From positions 1,855,807 to 1,919,806 of the forward strand of contig NW_004797311.1 of NCBI RefSeq assembly GCF_000002075.1: a DNA stretch of 64,000 nucleotides, read 5' to 3'. This document shows, in pieces, positions 52,884 to 64,000 of the stretch. This stretch comes from Aplysia californica. Lineage: Eukaryota. Positions within the stretch are counted from its first letter, which is position 1, and the number at the start of each line of letters is the position of its first letter. The notes beneath the pieces are model-generated. The model had not been told where the DNA came from. It searched no databases and saw only the letters and a program-made list of their open reading frames with translations. The translations under genes and the position numbers were made by a program.

Positions 52884-53414
52884 GGGGGCTCTCGTGGCCT
52901 AGAGGTTAAGGTGTTTGCATCTCATTCAAATGTCCAGGGTTTGAATCTGGGTAGCGAAGGAACATTTTTTCTCTCTAAAATCGTCTCCTTTCACCTTCTT
53001 CCTTGCTCTCTAGCACTGTTCTGTTGTCTGCTTTCATATATTATATCCACTTTCTGCCCTCATCCCCTCACCTCCTTTGCCCCCTCCTCTGGGCTCCTGA
53101 CTCTTTCTGCAGCCTTTCTACTGCTACTCCTAGCCTCCTTCTTATTCTTTTAGCCATTATGCCATATCACTGATCTTCTGGTAGGAAAGATCTACACCTA
53201 GCAATTCTCTGACAAAGGCGAAAAATCTCGGAGGTCCAGCGTCGTTAAAGACCTCTTGGTGGTCTAAAATCGATAAGAGAGTAGGCTTCGGCTGCCACCC
53301 GGGCAAAATCCCAAAATTCCTACCAACTGAAAATGTTCAATGTGACCTGCGCGCTCATTTGACCTTATGCAGTTGCGAGCGCTGTAAAACACTACCCCCC
53401 CCCCCCCCCCCTAA
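52884..53414 (+). mobile_element. tRNA(Glu)-like SINE, family A, full length
   Basis: Head GGGGGCTCTCGTGGCCTAGAGGTTAAGG...GGGTTTGAATCTGG. Imperfect TSD AAGCCTTGAAAAA / AAGCCTTGGAAGA (52871-52883, 53415-53427). The body matches the other copies. Confidence 0.88.
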
Positions 53415-54755
53415 AAGCCTTGGAAGAATTTTTAATTAAAAAAAACCTTGCTAGCAAGAAACACGCTTTAACAATCCATGGGCCTACTGGTTCATCAACT
53501 ATTCAGTTATCATGTGACTTCCTTTGGTATTTACTTCAGTGCAGTGTGTTCGTTCATTGTTTAATTATGTTTAGTGTACCCAGTCTCGTCTGCAACTTTA
53601 GTCGCTAGTGGTAGTGAGCGCATACTTAGGCCTGGCGACTTTAGTCGCCGATAGAAATGTAAGTGTTAAGGAAGTTTTTATTTTGCTCGGGTAATCAAAT
53701 CCATTATCTAACTATTAGTAGTATTAGTGGCAACCCATTCATTGTCCCTTTCAGCCACATTTCATGTTTTCAGATTATACATATAATCCAACCTTATTTT
53801 AAGTGTTTCACTTTTGTCCAAAGTGTAGGCCTCCTTAAGTAAAAAGAGGAACTTTGAAGACAGTTCTGAGGTGACATTATGTCTTCCACATCATTTTTTC
53901 ATATCGTAAAAAAAACAACTGGTCGTCACTTTAAATATTCTTTGTGCTGACTATGGACCTAATATTAAGAATCACATCTGATCTATTGATAATATTATAA
54001 TGGTGCTACAGTTCAAGACTATATTTACGAGTAGTCATTTATGCAGTGAGAGAGATTGGTTCCCTACAATTGGAATATAACAGGCAATTATAATGCAAAG
54101 CAGGGAGCTGCTGATACACATATAGGCCTCTATATGTGGAGTGTGCTGACTAAATGAGTTACTTCTCGGATTAGGGCTCTATGGAAATAGATACATCATG
54201 CTTAGAGGTACAGTTTGTATAATTTGTAAGTATGAAATAGCAAAAGGCATTTACTACTTTATGAATATTGCATCAATAACAAACTTAGAAATTTGGCCCA
54301 AGTGTCGATTTTTGGTCAATATCTCCATTTGTGGATTGTGAGAAGTATATCATTTTGTCAGCACGCCTCACATATAAGTACTTATTAGGCTAATTATTTC
54401 AAATGAATAGAACTTTTACTTCCAAAGATTGACACCCCTCGATTAGACTAATTTGAGCTCCACTGCTGGTTCAGTGTTTTTCTTTACAAGAACTGTCTAA
54501 AGTCTAAAAGAAGCCACAGCAAAATAGAGTGAAGCGTGGCTTTTGTCATGGCAATCTTCAGATGATAAAAGTAGCCTAATTTTATTCAAATTTTTGCTAG
54601 ATTCTGGCCAGAAAAAGTAATAATTCAGCAAATGTGAATAAAAGTGTGCATTCTGGAAGATTGTTGCCAGTATTCATTATTTAGTATAGATCCAGATCTA
54701 GAAATCTAGATCTATCTAGATCTAGATCTAGATCAAGATATAGAGGGATGACCAC

Positions 54756-55396
54756 AATAATTATCGAAGTGTATAAAGACCCGGTAACCAGGAACAAAGT
54801 CACGAAGTATACAGACCCGGTAGGGGAACTCTTTTGTGATTTCGGGAAGTTTCAGCTCTCNNNNNNNNNNNNNNNNNNNNNNNNNNNNNNNNNNNNNNNN
54901 NNNNNNNNNNNNNNNNNNNNNNNNNNNNNNNNNNNNNNNNNNNNNNNNNNNNNNNNNNNNNNNNNNNNNNNNNNNNNNNNNNNNNNNNNNNNNNNNNNNN
55001 NNNNNNNNNNNNNNNNNNNNNTGAAATTATGACATTGTTCTTTTCTTCAAATTGCGACTTGCGATTCCTCCACTCCAAAACGGAGGAAAAACGATCATTC
55101 ATCGAAAAGACATCCGCAATCTTCATTTAGATCTAGATCTAGATCTAGATCTAGATTTAGCCTAGCCGCGAAACTAGATTAAAGATTTATAATGTCTGTC
55201 TGTCTAGATCTAGATCTAGATCTAGAGATCTAGACATTGACATAGGCCACAGATCTAGCTAGAAGAACCTAGGTCTACCCTGAGCCAAGAGGGCGCAGAA
55301 ACTCTCCGAAATCACAAAAGAGTTCCCCTACCGGGTCTGTATACTTTGTGACTTTGTTCCCGGTTACCGGTTCTGTATACACTCCCAATAATTATT
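54756..55396. repeat. ~105-bp inverted repeat (arms 54756-54860 and 55289-55396) embedded in (TAGATC)n tracts
   Basis: GTATACAGACCCGGTAGGGGAACTCTTTTGTGATTTCGG is the exact reverse complement of CCGAAATCACAAAAGAGTTCCCCTACCGGGTCTGTATAC. Confidence 0.9.
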
Positions 55397-55840
55397 CTCA
55401 GTAATCTAGATCTAGATATCTAGATTAGCTCAGACATAAACTTCAGACAGATAACAGAGACTCCAGTAAAACTGTTGTCTAATTATTTTACTCTTTAAAT
55501 CCCACCAGACGTTAAGCACTAACGGTGCAGACCGACTCATGCAATGCGCAATGAGTCATAGTCAAGTTCTGAGGATACAGGTACATGATAATTCCACGCC
55601 TTGTTGGAATTCTGCTCGTTGTTGGCACAAGACTCTACATCTAGCAGAAGCCCATGGAAGACGGTGGGTGGGTGGGCCACTGCAACCAATGCAAAGCACA
55701 TTCAACATATATGTGTGTTGCCTTACATTTCACTCCAAGAGACTACCGAATCCATGCAAGAATTTATCATATCAATATAGAAAACACAACACCAACAAAA
55801 TGTGCAATTACTAAAGAAGTAGAGAATAGCGCACACTCAC

Positions 55841-55911
55841 TATCTTGAGTCGTTGCTGTTTTCACCCCAAGTACGCAGCCATGTTTCCAAAATAATAATG
55901 GTCACGTGACC
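55841..55911 (-). promoter_or_regulatory. Putative CCDC142 core promoter and short non-coding first exon
   Basis: Palindromic E-box/CLEAR-type GGTCACGTGACC at 55900-55911. YY1-like AAACATGGCTGC on - at 55886-55875. Donor AAGATA|GTGAGT at 55840. TGAGTCA (AP-1 consensus) at 55552-55558. Confidence 0.5.
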
Positions 55912-56493
55912 CATTCTCAGCCTACGTCGTACAGAAACAGCTTGGCAGTTTTATTCATGAATCCATCATAGTGAATCGTTTAATACAGAATAGATCTAGA
56001 TCTAGGCCTATTGACACTTCGGGGTAAGACGCATATCGGTCAAAACCTTTTGAGAGTTTGAAGAAAAAAAATAATCAAGAAATGGTACCATCACTGCTCT
56101 TTATGAAAGAATCAAACAATACCGGTGAAAAGGAAGGGAGACAACCAAATAAAAACAATAATATTATAAAAACAATTTACTGGTCCCAAGGACTTGGGTG
56201 ATCCGCATTGAGTCTTCCTCTCTGTTGAAGGAGCCCGAGCATACGGGTTGAAGGCTGGAGATCTGCCGTTCCCAGTGCCCATTTCCAAATAATTATTTAT
56301 TTATGTTAGCACATTACGCTACATATTCATTAGGCAAACAAACCCAATGATGAAAGGGGAAACATACACTGTACGCTCTTGTTGCTGGAGCTTTCGCATA
56401 CCTCGCGGCTGGAAATATGGATTTCGTTTATCGGGTAGCCATGGGGGATTCAGGGTTCAAAACTCATAGACACACTCGCACACAAAAAACGTA

Positions 56494-56495
<2 letters not shown>

Positions 56496-56562
<67 letters not shown>

Positions 56563-56732
56563 GCACGCACACATCCAAACACACATGCATATTATGTACA
56601 CACGCACACACACACATACATGCGCCCAAACACACACACATACATACACACACAGTCATACACATATGAACACACACACGCGCACAAACACACAGACACA
56701 CACACACACAAACACACTCACACACACACACA
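56496..56732. repeat. (CA)n microsatellite, perfect then degenerate
   Basis: Read directly from the sequence. Confidence 0.95.
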
Positions 56733-57103
56733 CGCTTTAACGCGAGCGTAATGTCTTATAGGGAATTTGAAGTAGGATCACTAGTCTTGTAGTCATGGCA
56801 TCAACTGAACTCATGACGCGCACGTAGATAACACAATGGATGAAACGCCATAGATTAGAAAGGACAAGGAAGACTTAGATGTAGACAAACCCTACTTTAA
56901 GCTTGGTATTCTTGCATTGCTTCATCAGTTCTCGAAACTGCACGAGGAACAGCGGTGGGCAGCGAAAGTGGGAGTAAGGAAGAAAGGGNNNNNNNNNNNN
57001 NNNNNNNNNNNNNNNNNNNNNNNNNNNNNNNNNNNNNNNNNNNNNNNNNNNNNNNNNNNNNNNNNNNNNNNNNNNNNNNNNNNNNNNNCTTCCCTTGCTC
57101 TGG

Positions 57104-57105
<2 letters not shown>

Positions 57106-57180
<75 letters not shown>
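57106..57180. repeat. (CT)n microsatellite
   Basis: Read directly from the sequence. Confidence 0.95.
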
Positions 57181-57182
<2 letters not shown>

Positions 57183-57511
57183 GACACATATAAATTATGA
57201 ATAATATTATCTACTTACCATATTTAGGCTGCTAAAAGCCAGTGCAGATAGTCAAAAGGATTAAATCCAATTGAGTCGGGGCCAATCAGATTACCGTAAT
57301 TCCCTTTATGGAGTGGCAAAAGCTACCATTTCGGCATAATACGACCGATTAACTTGTCACCTTGAAAAACAAACATTTTAACTTTGAAGGTCAAAGTCGA
57401 ATTTAGTCGAATTTAGCCAAAATGGGTGCCCATCCCCATGGTCAAACCGGGTCGGATCGATTAACTATGGTTTCAGTCATGCACTCTCCCCTGATGTGTT
57501 GACAAATTATG

Positions 57512-58630
57512 TTCTTCTTCTTTTTCTATCACGTGGTTGGGGCAACCGTGGGGGCACCACTGCATCTGAAAACCAGCTCTCGCCATTTATCTTTGTCCTC
57601 TGCTTTCCTCAGATTGTCACCCATCGTATTTCCTGTCCACCATGTAACGTTGTCCTCCCATCTCCTTCTCTGCCTTCTTCTCTTTCTCTTTCCTTGCACG
57701 GTTCCTTGTAGGATTGTTTTGGCAAGTCCTGTGGATCTTGTGACTTGCCCATACAATTTAAAATTTTCGTCTTTTCCCTGTGTCCAGTAGATCTTCATGC
57801 TGCGCAATTGCGTTGGTGATTCTGTTCCGTACCCCATGCTCGTGCAGCATTTGAAACGTGGTCTTTGTACGAGATGTCAAGGAGTCTGCGGTAACATCTC
57901 ATCTCTGTTGTCTGAATCCTTTTCTTCAATTCTGCTGCCAGCGTCCACGACTCGCAGGCGTATAAAAATATTGAGATGACCAGTGAGGGCATTAGTCTGA
58001 TCTTCGAGTTAGGCGTGATGTTCCTGTCCCTCCAAATAGGTTTCAGTTTTGACAGCGCAGCTGTTGTTTTCGCGATTCTGGAGATAATTTCTAGCCTTGA
58101 GCCTTCATCTGAGACGACTGATCAAAGGTATTCGAATTTGTTGACGGTCTCAAGCTTCTCACCCCTGATGTCCGTGTTAATGCCATTGGTATTATTGGTC
58201 GTCAGCTTGGTTTTCTCGGCACTGATCTCCTTGCCGTAGGCCGCTGAGGTTGTGTATTGCCGCTCCACTAGGGTGGTGAGCTCCTGTTCTTCTCCTGCTA
58301 ATCCATCGATGTCATCGGCAAAATGCAAGTTTGTGGCTTTCCTGCCTCCAATACTGATTATTCCATTGTGATCTTCCAGTGTGTCAGTCATGATTCGTTC
58401 TAGGAAGATGTTGAAGAGGGTGGGAGAGAGCAAACAGCCTTGCCTCATCCCGACCGTCGTCCCGAACCAATCCCCCATGCTGCCGTTAACGTAGACTGCA
58501 CTGGAGGCCTTGTCATATAGTTGTTGCATGACGTTGATCAGGTTGGCGTTGATGTTATATTTCCTCATGGTTGCCCATAAGGCTGCATGCCAGACCCTGT
58601 TGAAGGCCTTTTTAAAATCCACGAAGATAG
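57512..58630 (-). mobile_element. 5'-truncated RTE-clade LINE with reverse transcriptase pseudogene
   Basis: RT motifs FVDFKKAFNRV, GMRQGCLLSPTLFNIFLE, HFADDID and KFEYL. Downstream SIFLYACESWTL...EMRCYRRLLDISYKDHV and KTILQGTVQGKRKRRRQRRRWEDNV. Stops and frameshifts are present, and there is a (GAA)n-like tail. Confidence 0.92.
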
Positions 58631-58880
58631 GTTTTGCTGGTGTTGGAGGTTTAAAGAGAAGAAAATTGTGACCGGCACGCGATGTTGTTGTGCACAAAAC
58701 CTATCGTTCATAACACAGTCATTTTTTCCAATAATGCCTTCAAATGTCGACTGCCGCATGTTATCAAGTTTGCTGGGTCGAGAGGTTCTTGAGTCCCACA
58801 GGCATGGGTAATATCGATAGCTTTCTCAGCCTTTCCAATATCCTACACTCGCGTATTCCGCGCGCAAGACAGAAATAAAG

Positions 58881-59153
58881 TGAGTCATAGTCAAGTTCTG
58901 AGGATACAGGTACATGATAATTCCACGCCTTGTTGGAATTCTGCTCGTCAAATACATCACAGCTTTTTAGAAATGTATTATATACAGTGAGATTGTCAGG
59001 CGAGAGGGAGGCGCCGAAACCAGTCACCTGCCCCCACTGCCTTGTGGGTTAGCCTTGTGCATTGGAGAATATTGTAACAACAGGCAAGTTTGATGGAAAG
59101 AGAGGCAGAGGCAGACAGAGGGAAAAGATACTGGACAAGATGACAACATGGCT
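58881..59153 (+). repeat. Chimeric near-identical duplicate of 55552-55619 fused to 48580-48786
   Basis: A 68-bp exact match is followed by a 207-bp match with one mismatch seen. The two parts overlap by GT at 58947-58948. The copy runs into an N gap. Confidence 0.92.
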
Positions 59154-59253
59154 NNNNNNNNNNNNNNNNNNNNNNNNNNNNNNNNNNNNNNNNNNNNNNN
59201 NNNNNNNNNNNNNNNNNNNNNNNNNNNNNNNNNNNNNNNNNNNNNNNNNNNNN

Positions 59254-59285
<32 letters not shown>

Positions 59286-61059
59286 GTAATAAAAAAATGA
59301 CACTAACATAATTATGACCCGTAGGCTATACAAGCCTTGGGATGAGTTGTTCGACTCGCAATATAGAAAAACAACTTGATTTGTGAAACACAGTCGAATT
59401 CGGTCGCATTCGGTCCAATTTCGCCCAAAAGGCATTTTGCTTCTTCAAAAAGGAAAAAATTCTGGCTGGCCCCAACTGAATCAAATGAATTCGATGGGCA
59501 GCGTGCACTGGGTAGGCCTATAGTAGCTTCTCCCCTTCCAATATGAAGGGAAATGTGGCCGGCACATAATGAGTCTAACGAATTCAATTGGCAGTGTGCA
59601 CAAGGTATAACCATAGTATAACCACGTAGTGCACACCACAGAAATGGCAATCGATTAATTCTACTGTGGCCTTCACAATCAAACGTGTTTGTTTTTCAAG
59701 GTCTCGCGTCAAATCGGTAGCACTGTACCAGAATGGTAACTTTCCCCCCTCCTTTGAGGAACACATCGCCGGCCCCGACCGTTCTATTGAATCTCATTGG
59801 CCCCATAAAACCAAACTCGACTTAATTCAACTGTGACGTTCAAAATAGAAACGTTTTCTTTTCACGAACCGAAACCAAAAGGCGACCTGAACATTAGGAC
59901 ACACAAAATAAGAATCGGACAAGACCCACTTGTTGTTGGTAGACAACAGGTGCATTTGGTTAATATCGTACTTCCCGCGCAGACCACTTTTTTCAGTGCC
60001 TGGGCACCTACAATTTGTCCAAGGAGACAAGGTCGCAATTTTGACCCCTTGCTGGCTTTGGTTACCACTATCTACAAGAAACTGTTTCCTGATCTTTCTA
60101 TGGCGCATGGACAGGAAAATTTGCTATTCCCAATGCCCATGTTTCAAAGGTAGCCTAGTTTGGCCTTTAGAAGTGCCCTAAAGATATCAAGGCAGCAGCC
60201 TTGACCTAACGGACGCAGGAAATCCCTCGCAACAATGTTTACCAAACAGCCTGTTAACTGGTTCTCTCTTTATCTCTATCCCCCCCCCCAAAAAAAAAAA
60301 AACCCACCACACACTCCAAACCAATCTTTAATCGTTTCAGTCCCATAGAGGTTCTCAAAAGTGCTAACCTACTGTGGCTGTGGGTAAATTCAACATACAT
60401 GTACTAGGTACGTTTATTTGGATTCCTACAGGCTATACGTTGTATTCACTGTTTCAATGAAAGTAAGCTTTAACAAATTACACTAACAACTATGTCACTC
60501 CCAAAATTATTCCTTGTACGTTCGCTGTCACTCGCTGTATATTTGAGTAGTTAAACAAGCAGAAATAAATGAAATTAATATGAATGTTTAATTGCGAGAT
60601 GAAAAAAACAACAAAAAGCCTACGGATTTTTAATCCATAAAAAGTTAAGTGGAATTGGCTATCATATCTAGATTGGGGTATATAGTACAGGCCTATTATT
60701 ATATAAAATTATAGAAAAAGTGCCACTGGATAAGAAGACACGCTGGATCATGGACTGTGTGTTTTCACAAAAATTACTTATTATGTCTTACCCTGAGCTT
60801 TATAATTTCAGCCCGTACCCCCCCTCCCCCCCAAAAAAAATAATCGGAAAAGAAATTCCTATTCTACCGCCACATATGTCGTGTTTACATCTTTGGATAT
60901 CAGTTAAACTATCAATAGATGTAATTGAAAACAAGGCAACATGAATAGGCATGAAGAAATGATAACTCCTACATCCATCCCTAAAAAAAGAATCCATACT
61001 CACATTTATTCTAATAATTTAATATGTGCACCTCAGACTTCGGCAGATGTTTCACCATC

Positions 61060-61195
61060 GTACGTAGAGGACCTGAGTTCAATTCCCCTAGGGGGAGAAT
61101 GTTTATCGAGTATCTCCATCTTTCTACTAGGACGTTATGACATGTATCCCTCTCAGCCTGGGTTAGCCCTGACGGGCTGGGTCGAGCCCCGCCTA
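61060..61195 (+). mobile_element. SINE family B, second copy
   Basis: GAGTTCAATTCCCC...TTTATCGAGTATCTC...ACATGTATCCCTCTCAGCC, matching 10025-10120. Confidence 0.5.
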
Positions 61196-61639
61196 TAAAA
61201 GAACGAAATAAAATATAATACATGCATATTCAACGGTGAAAAGAACAAATAATCGTTTAAATATCTAGGATATTATAATATGATCAAATCTGATGCCAAA
61301 TGTTCCACAAAAATAAAACAAAGAATTAAAATGTCAAAAGTTAGTTTCAATAACACAAGCTCAACCTTGAAAAACAGAAACAGCTCAATGACTTAACCTT
61401 TTAGTAAGCGTTTTACGGCACTTGCTACACAATTAGATCATATAAGTGCCAACGATTAGAGGTGTTGGAGCGTAACAAACACATTTTTAAAAAAGAGGAG
61501 AGGTCAGGACAATAAATATTTGATAGGATCGAAGGAGCAAACCATACCAGAACACCCACCAATCATCCGCAACTCAAAGTAAAAATTCTAAACGGTTATA
61601 CGTGTTCAACGCTGGACAGTCACTAAAAACAGTGAACAT

Positions 61640-62010
61640 AAACAGAAGCTACAGATAGATGGTCTCTTAGAGATTGTTGAGACGTTCTTGGAAGGAAAAG
61701 TAATAAAATAAGGTAGTACTCGAAGATGTCTTCGTGGGCTGGTCTTAGATAAAAACAACCAAGAAGAGACAAATCCAGTTTCTACGACAGATGAATAGAC
61801 ATTAAGGCACTGGACATCTAGACCTAGCTCTCACTGGTAAAATTGAAGGCAAACGACGCAGAGGTAGACCAAGAGCAATACTTTGAAAGCCTAAACAGAT
61901 GAGTGTTGGAGACAGATCAGGATAATACAGCTTTTTTGAGAGCATCCGAGAAAAGGAATGGATGGTGAACCATGACCGTCGATGTTTGTTGCAGATCTGG
62001 CAATCAATAA
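61640..62010 (+). mobile_element. Degenerate RTE LINE 3' fragment
   Basis: Encodes LALTGKIEGKRRRGRPR and is followed by (CA)n. Confidence 0.6.
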
Positions 62011-62050
62011 CACACACGCGAGCGCGCGTACACACACACACGAGCGCGCG

Positions 62051-62107
<57 letters not shown>

Positions 62108-62188
62108 ACACACACACACATACACACACACACACATCTATTAATTATATTTAACGCACCCAGATTGAACCTAAGAGAAAGAGAGATC

Positions 62189-62260
<72 letters not shown>

Positions 62261-62271
62261 GAGAGAGAGAA
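62010..62271. repeat. (CA)n and (GA)n microsatellites
   Basis: Read directly from the sequence. Confidence 0.95.
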
Positions 62272-63413
62272 GATGGATGGGAGGGAACGCTATGGAAACA
62301 TTTGTACCCAAAAGCTATTGTCGGAGGTCAGTGACCACATAGAGACTTTCACGCTTGCATAACTTCCCTGTGAACGTCCAGGCAAACCCAACACACCTGA
62401 GCGCCCGGCCCAGTCAAGTTCTGATCCTAGGTTAGCCGGCTTCCCAACACAGACCTGGCTCCACTAATGCTCCTATCTAACGGAACTGATCGATAACTGT
62501 GTGTGATAGAACGAAGAATTTCTGAAGTTGTCAGCTGTTCGATCAGCCTGAGACATTAATCTTCTATTAATCACGCAAGAAATGTGGACATACTAATTTC
62601 TATCATGACCAAGAAGCCAGAAGTTGAGGAAACCAAACGAAACAGGAGTGAATTCGTACTGGACTTTTTCTGTCGCTGGGCAGTTTGTGATAATACCCCT
62701 AGAGAAGTGCGGGGAGCCATTGCATGGGAGACCAAGAGTCACACAGACTCTCTGAAGCTATAGAAGTAAGTAAGCCGCCGTGATAATATTATTGTTCTGA
62801 GATTGAGGGTGGCTTAAAATAAACAGGTCCAACGTGTTTGATACAATCATTATAATCGAAAGCGAAATTTGACTAGGAAAGCGTGGGTTTTTAATTATGG
62901 AGAATTGCGGCTTGGCCCGCGTAGGTGATCTTCTGTTTTATTTACCTGAGAGGTTCTGTGTAAAGGTGTAAACAGCTAAAGACATCTACTTTTATATTTT
63001 AATTACGCACCTTTTACCCTCCCCCCCTCCCTGTGTTGCTCTCAGAGCAGATCANNNNNNNNNNNNNNNNNNNNNNNNNNNNNNNNNNNNNNNNNNNNNN
63101 NNNNNNNNNNNNNNNNNNNNNNNNNNNNNNNNNNNNNNNNNNNNNNNNNNNNNNGGAGGGGGGGGGTGGTGGTGGAGTGAACATAGAGAGCTACAATGCC
63201 ACCCCCCTCCCCTCCAGTCCATATCAGAATGTGGTTTTGGTGCTTGGATGGGAGGTCTAAATAATGAATAATTTAACAAACTAATTCACTTCGGTAGAAT
63301 TAGCTGGAGTCTGTTTAAAATTCATGGACTGCGGTAATTTAATATTGTGGGTTTTTGCCTTCGTCCCTATAACACGCTCACATTCAACGATATGAGAAAA
63401 TATTTCCCTTTTA

Positions 63414-63606
63414 CAATCAAACCTGTTCAAACGGCCACCTGTCCAACACAATCACTCGAACAGAAGACAACTTCCCATTTCTCCTTATGTAAAATGTAAT
63501 TTTTCTGTATTATTATTATTACAATGACACTGCTAAAGACGTCCACCTTGTGAGACAACCATTTTCCTCCTTGACAACTGGTGACCCTCTTGGGCAGTTT
63601 AGACGG
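63414..63606. mobile_element. Probable Tc1/pogo-type MITE
   Basis: Imperfect TIRs TA|CAATCAAACCTG ... CAGTTTAGACGG|TA, with internal repeated CCACCT motifs. Confidence 0.45.
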
Positions 63607-64000
63607 TATTTTTATTTCATTTTGAGTTTTTTAAAAAGCGCATCGACACCCAAAGGGGGCATGTTGTATGAGAAGAGGTAAAACAGAGAGACAGAAGACA
63701 CAAATGGAGAGAGATGAAGTTTGACTGCCAGTGGCGCCCCCCCCTCCAAACCACCCGCTCTGGTAATTGAAATAAACCTGATTTGCATTCATCCCATCAA
63801 CATATCGACATGGGTGCTGACGTAGTATCCCTGGGAAAGGCCCTTTACACAACAACTTTTCCTAATATCACCCTGGTGGGAAATGGAACCCTGCAATAGA
63901 CAGCGAAAGATCTTGCCAGTATGTTAATGTTTGAGCACTTAACCGTCTGTATGCACTCTATGCATCCCGAGCAATTGAGAACGTTTCTGAGTGTTCTAGG

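Noticed and set aside
54800-55126. ORF MKIADVFSMNDRF... as the first coding exon of CCDC142
   Set aside because: It runs into a gap and an inverted repeat. Every frame of the next exon either hits a stop before the ATG at 52035 or is out of frame with the CDS, so no upstream coding exon can join in frame.

Overview
This is eukaryotic, AT-rich, repeat-rich genomic DNA with many N gaps and microsatellites. Its style suggests a gastropod mollusc such as Aplysia, but that is an inference. Two protein-coding genes are supported. (1) An intronless rhodopsin-class 7TM gene on the + strand (8475-9686) has degenerate DRY, CWxP and NPxxY motifs and a ~140-aa Pro/Gln/Tyr tandem-repeat third intracellular loop. 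(2) A CCDC142 homologue on the - strand has 12 coding exons that I assembled by hand with GT-AG boundaries and consistent phases (52035->38001, 3027 nt, 1008 aa). It probably also has a non-coding first exon near 55841-55890, an intron in the 3' UTR, and a ~5 kb terminal exon ending near 25060. The remainder is transposon-derived: a MULE with a 9-bp TSD, an inverted pair of P-like elements sharing one 7-bp target, degenerate Tc1/mariner elements, RTE LINE fragments, a tRNA-Glu-like SINE family, MITEs and simple repeats. A near-identical chimeric copy joining two CCDC142 intron segments lies upstream of the gene. No CRISPR array, rRNA or intact tRNA gene was seen. Most short ORFs in the supplied track are spurious.
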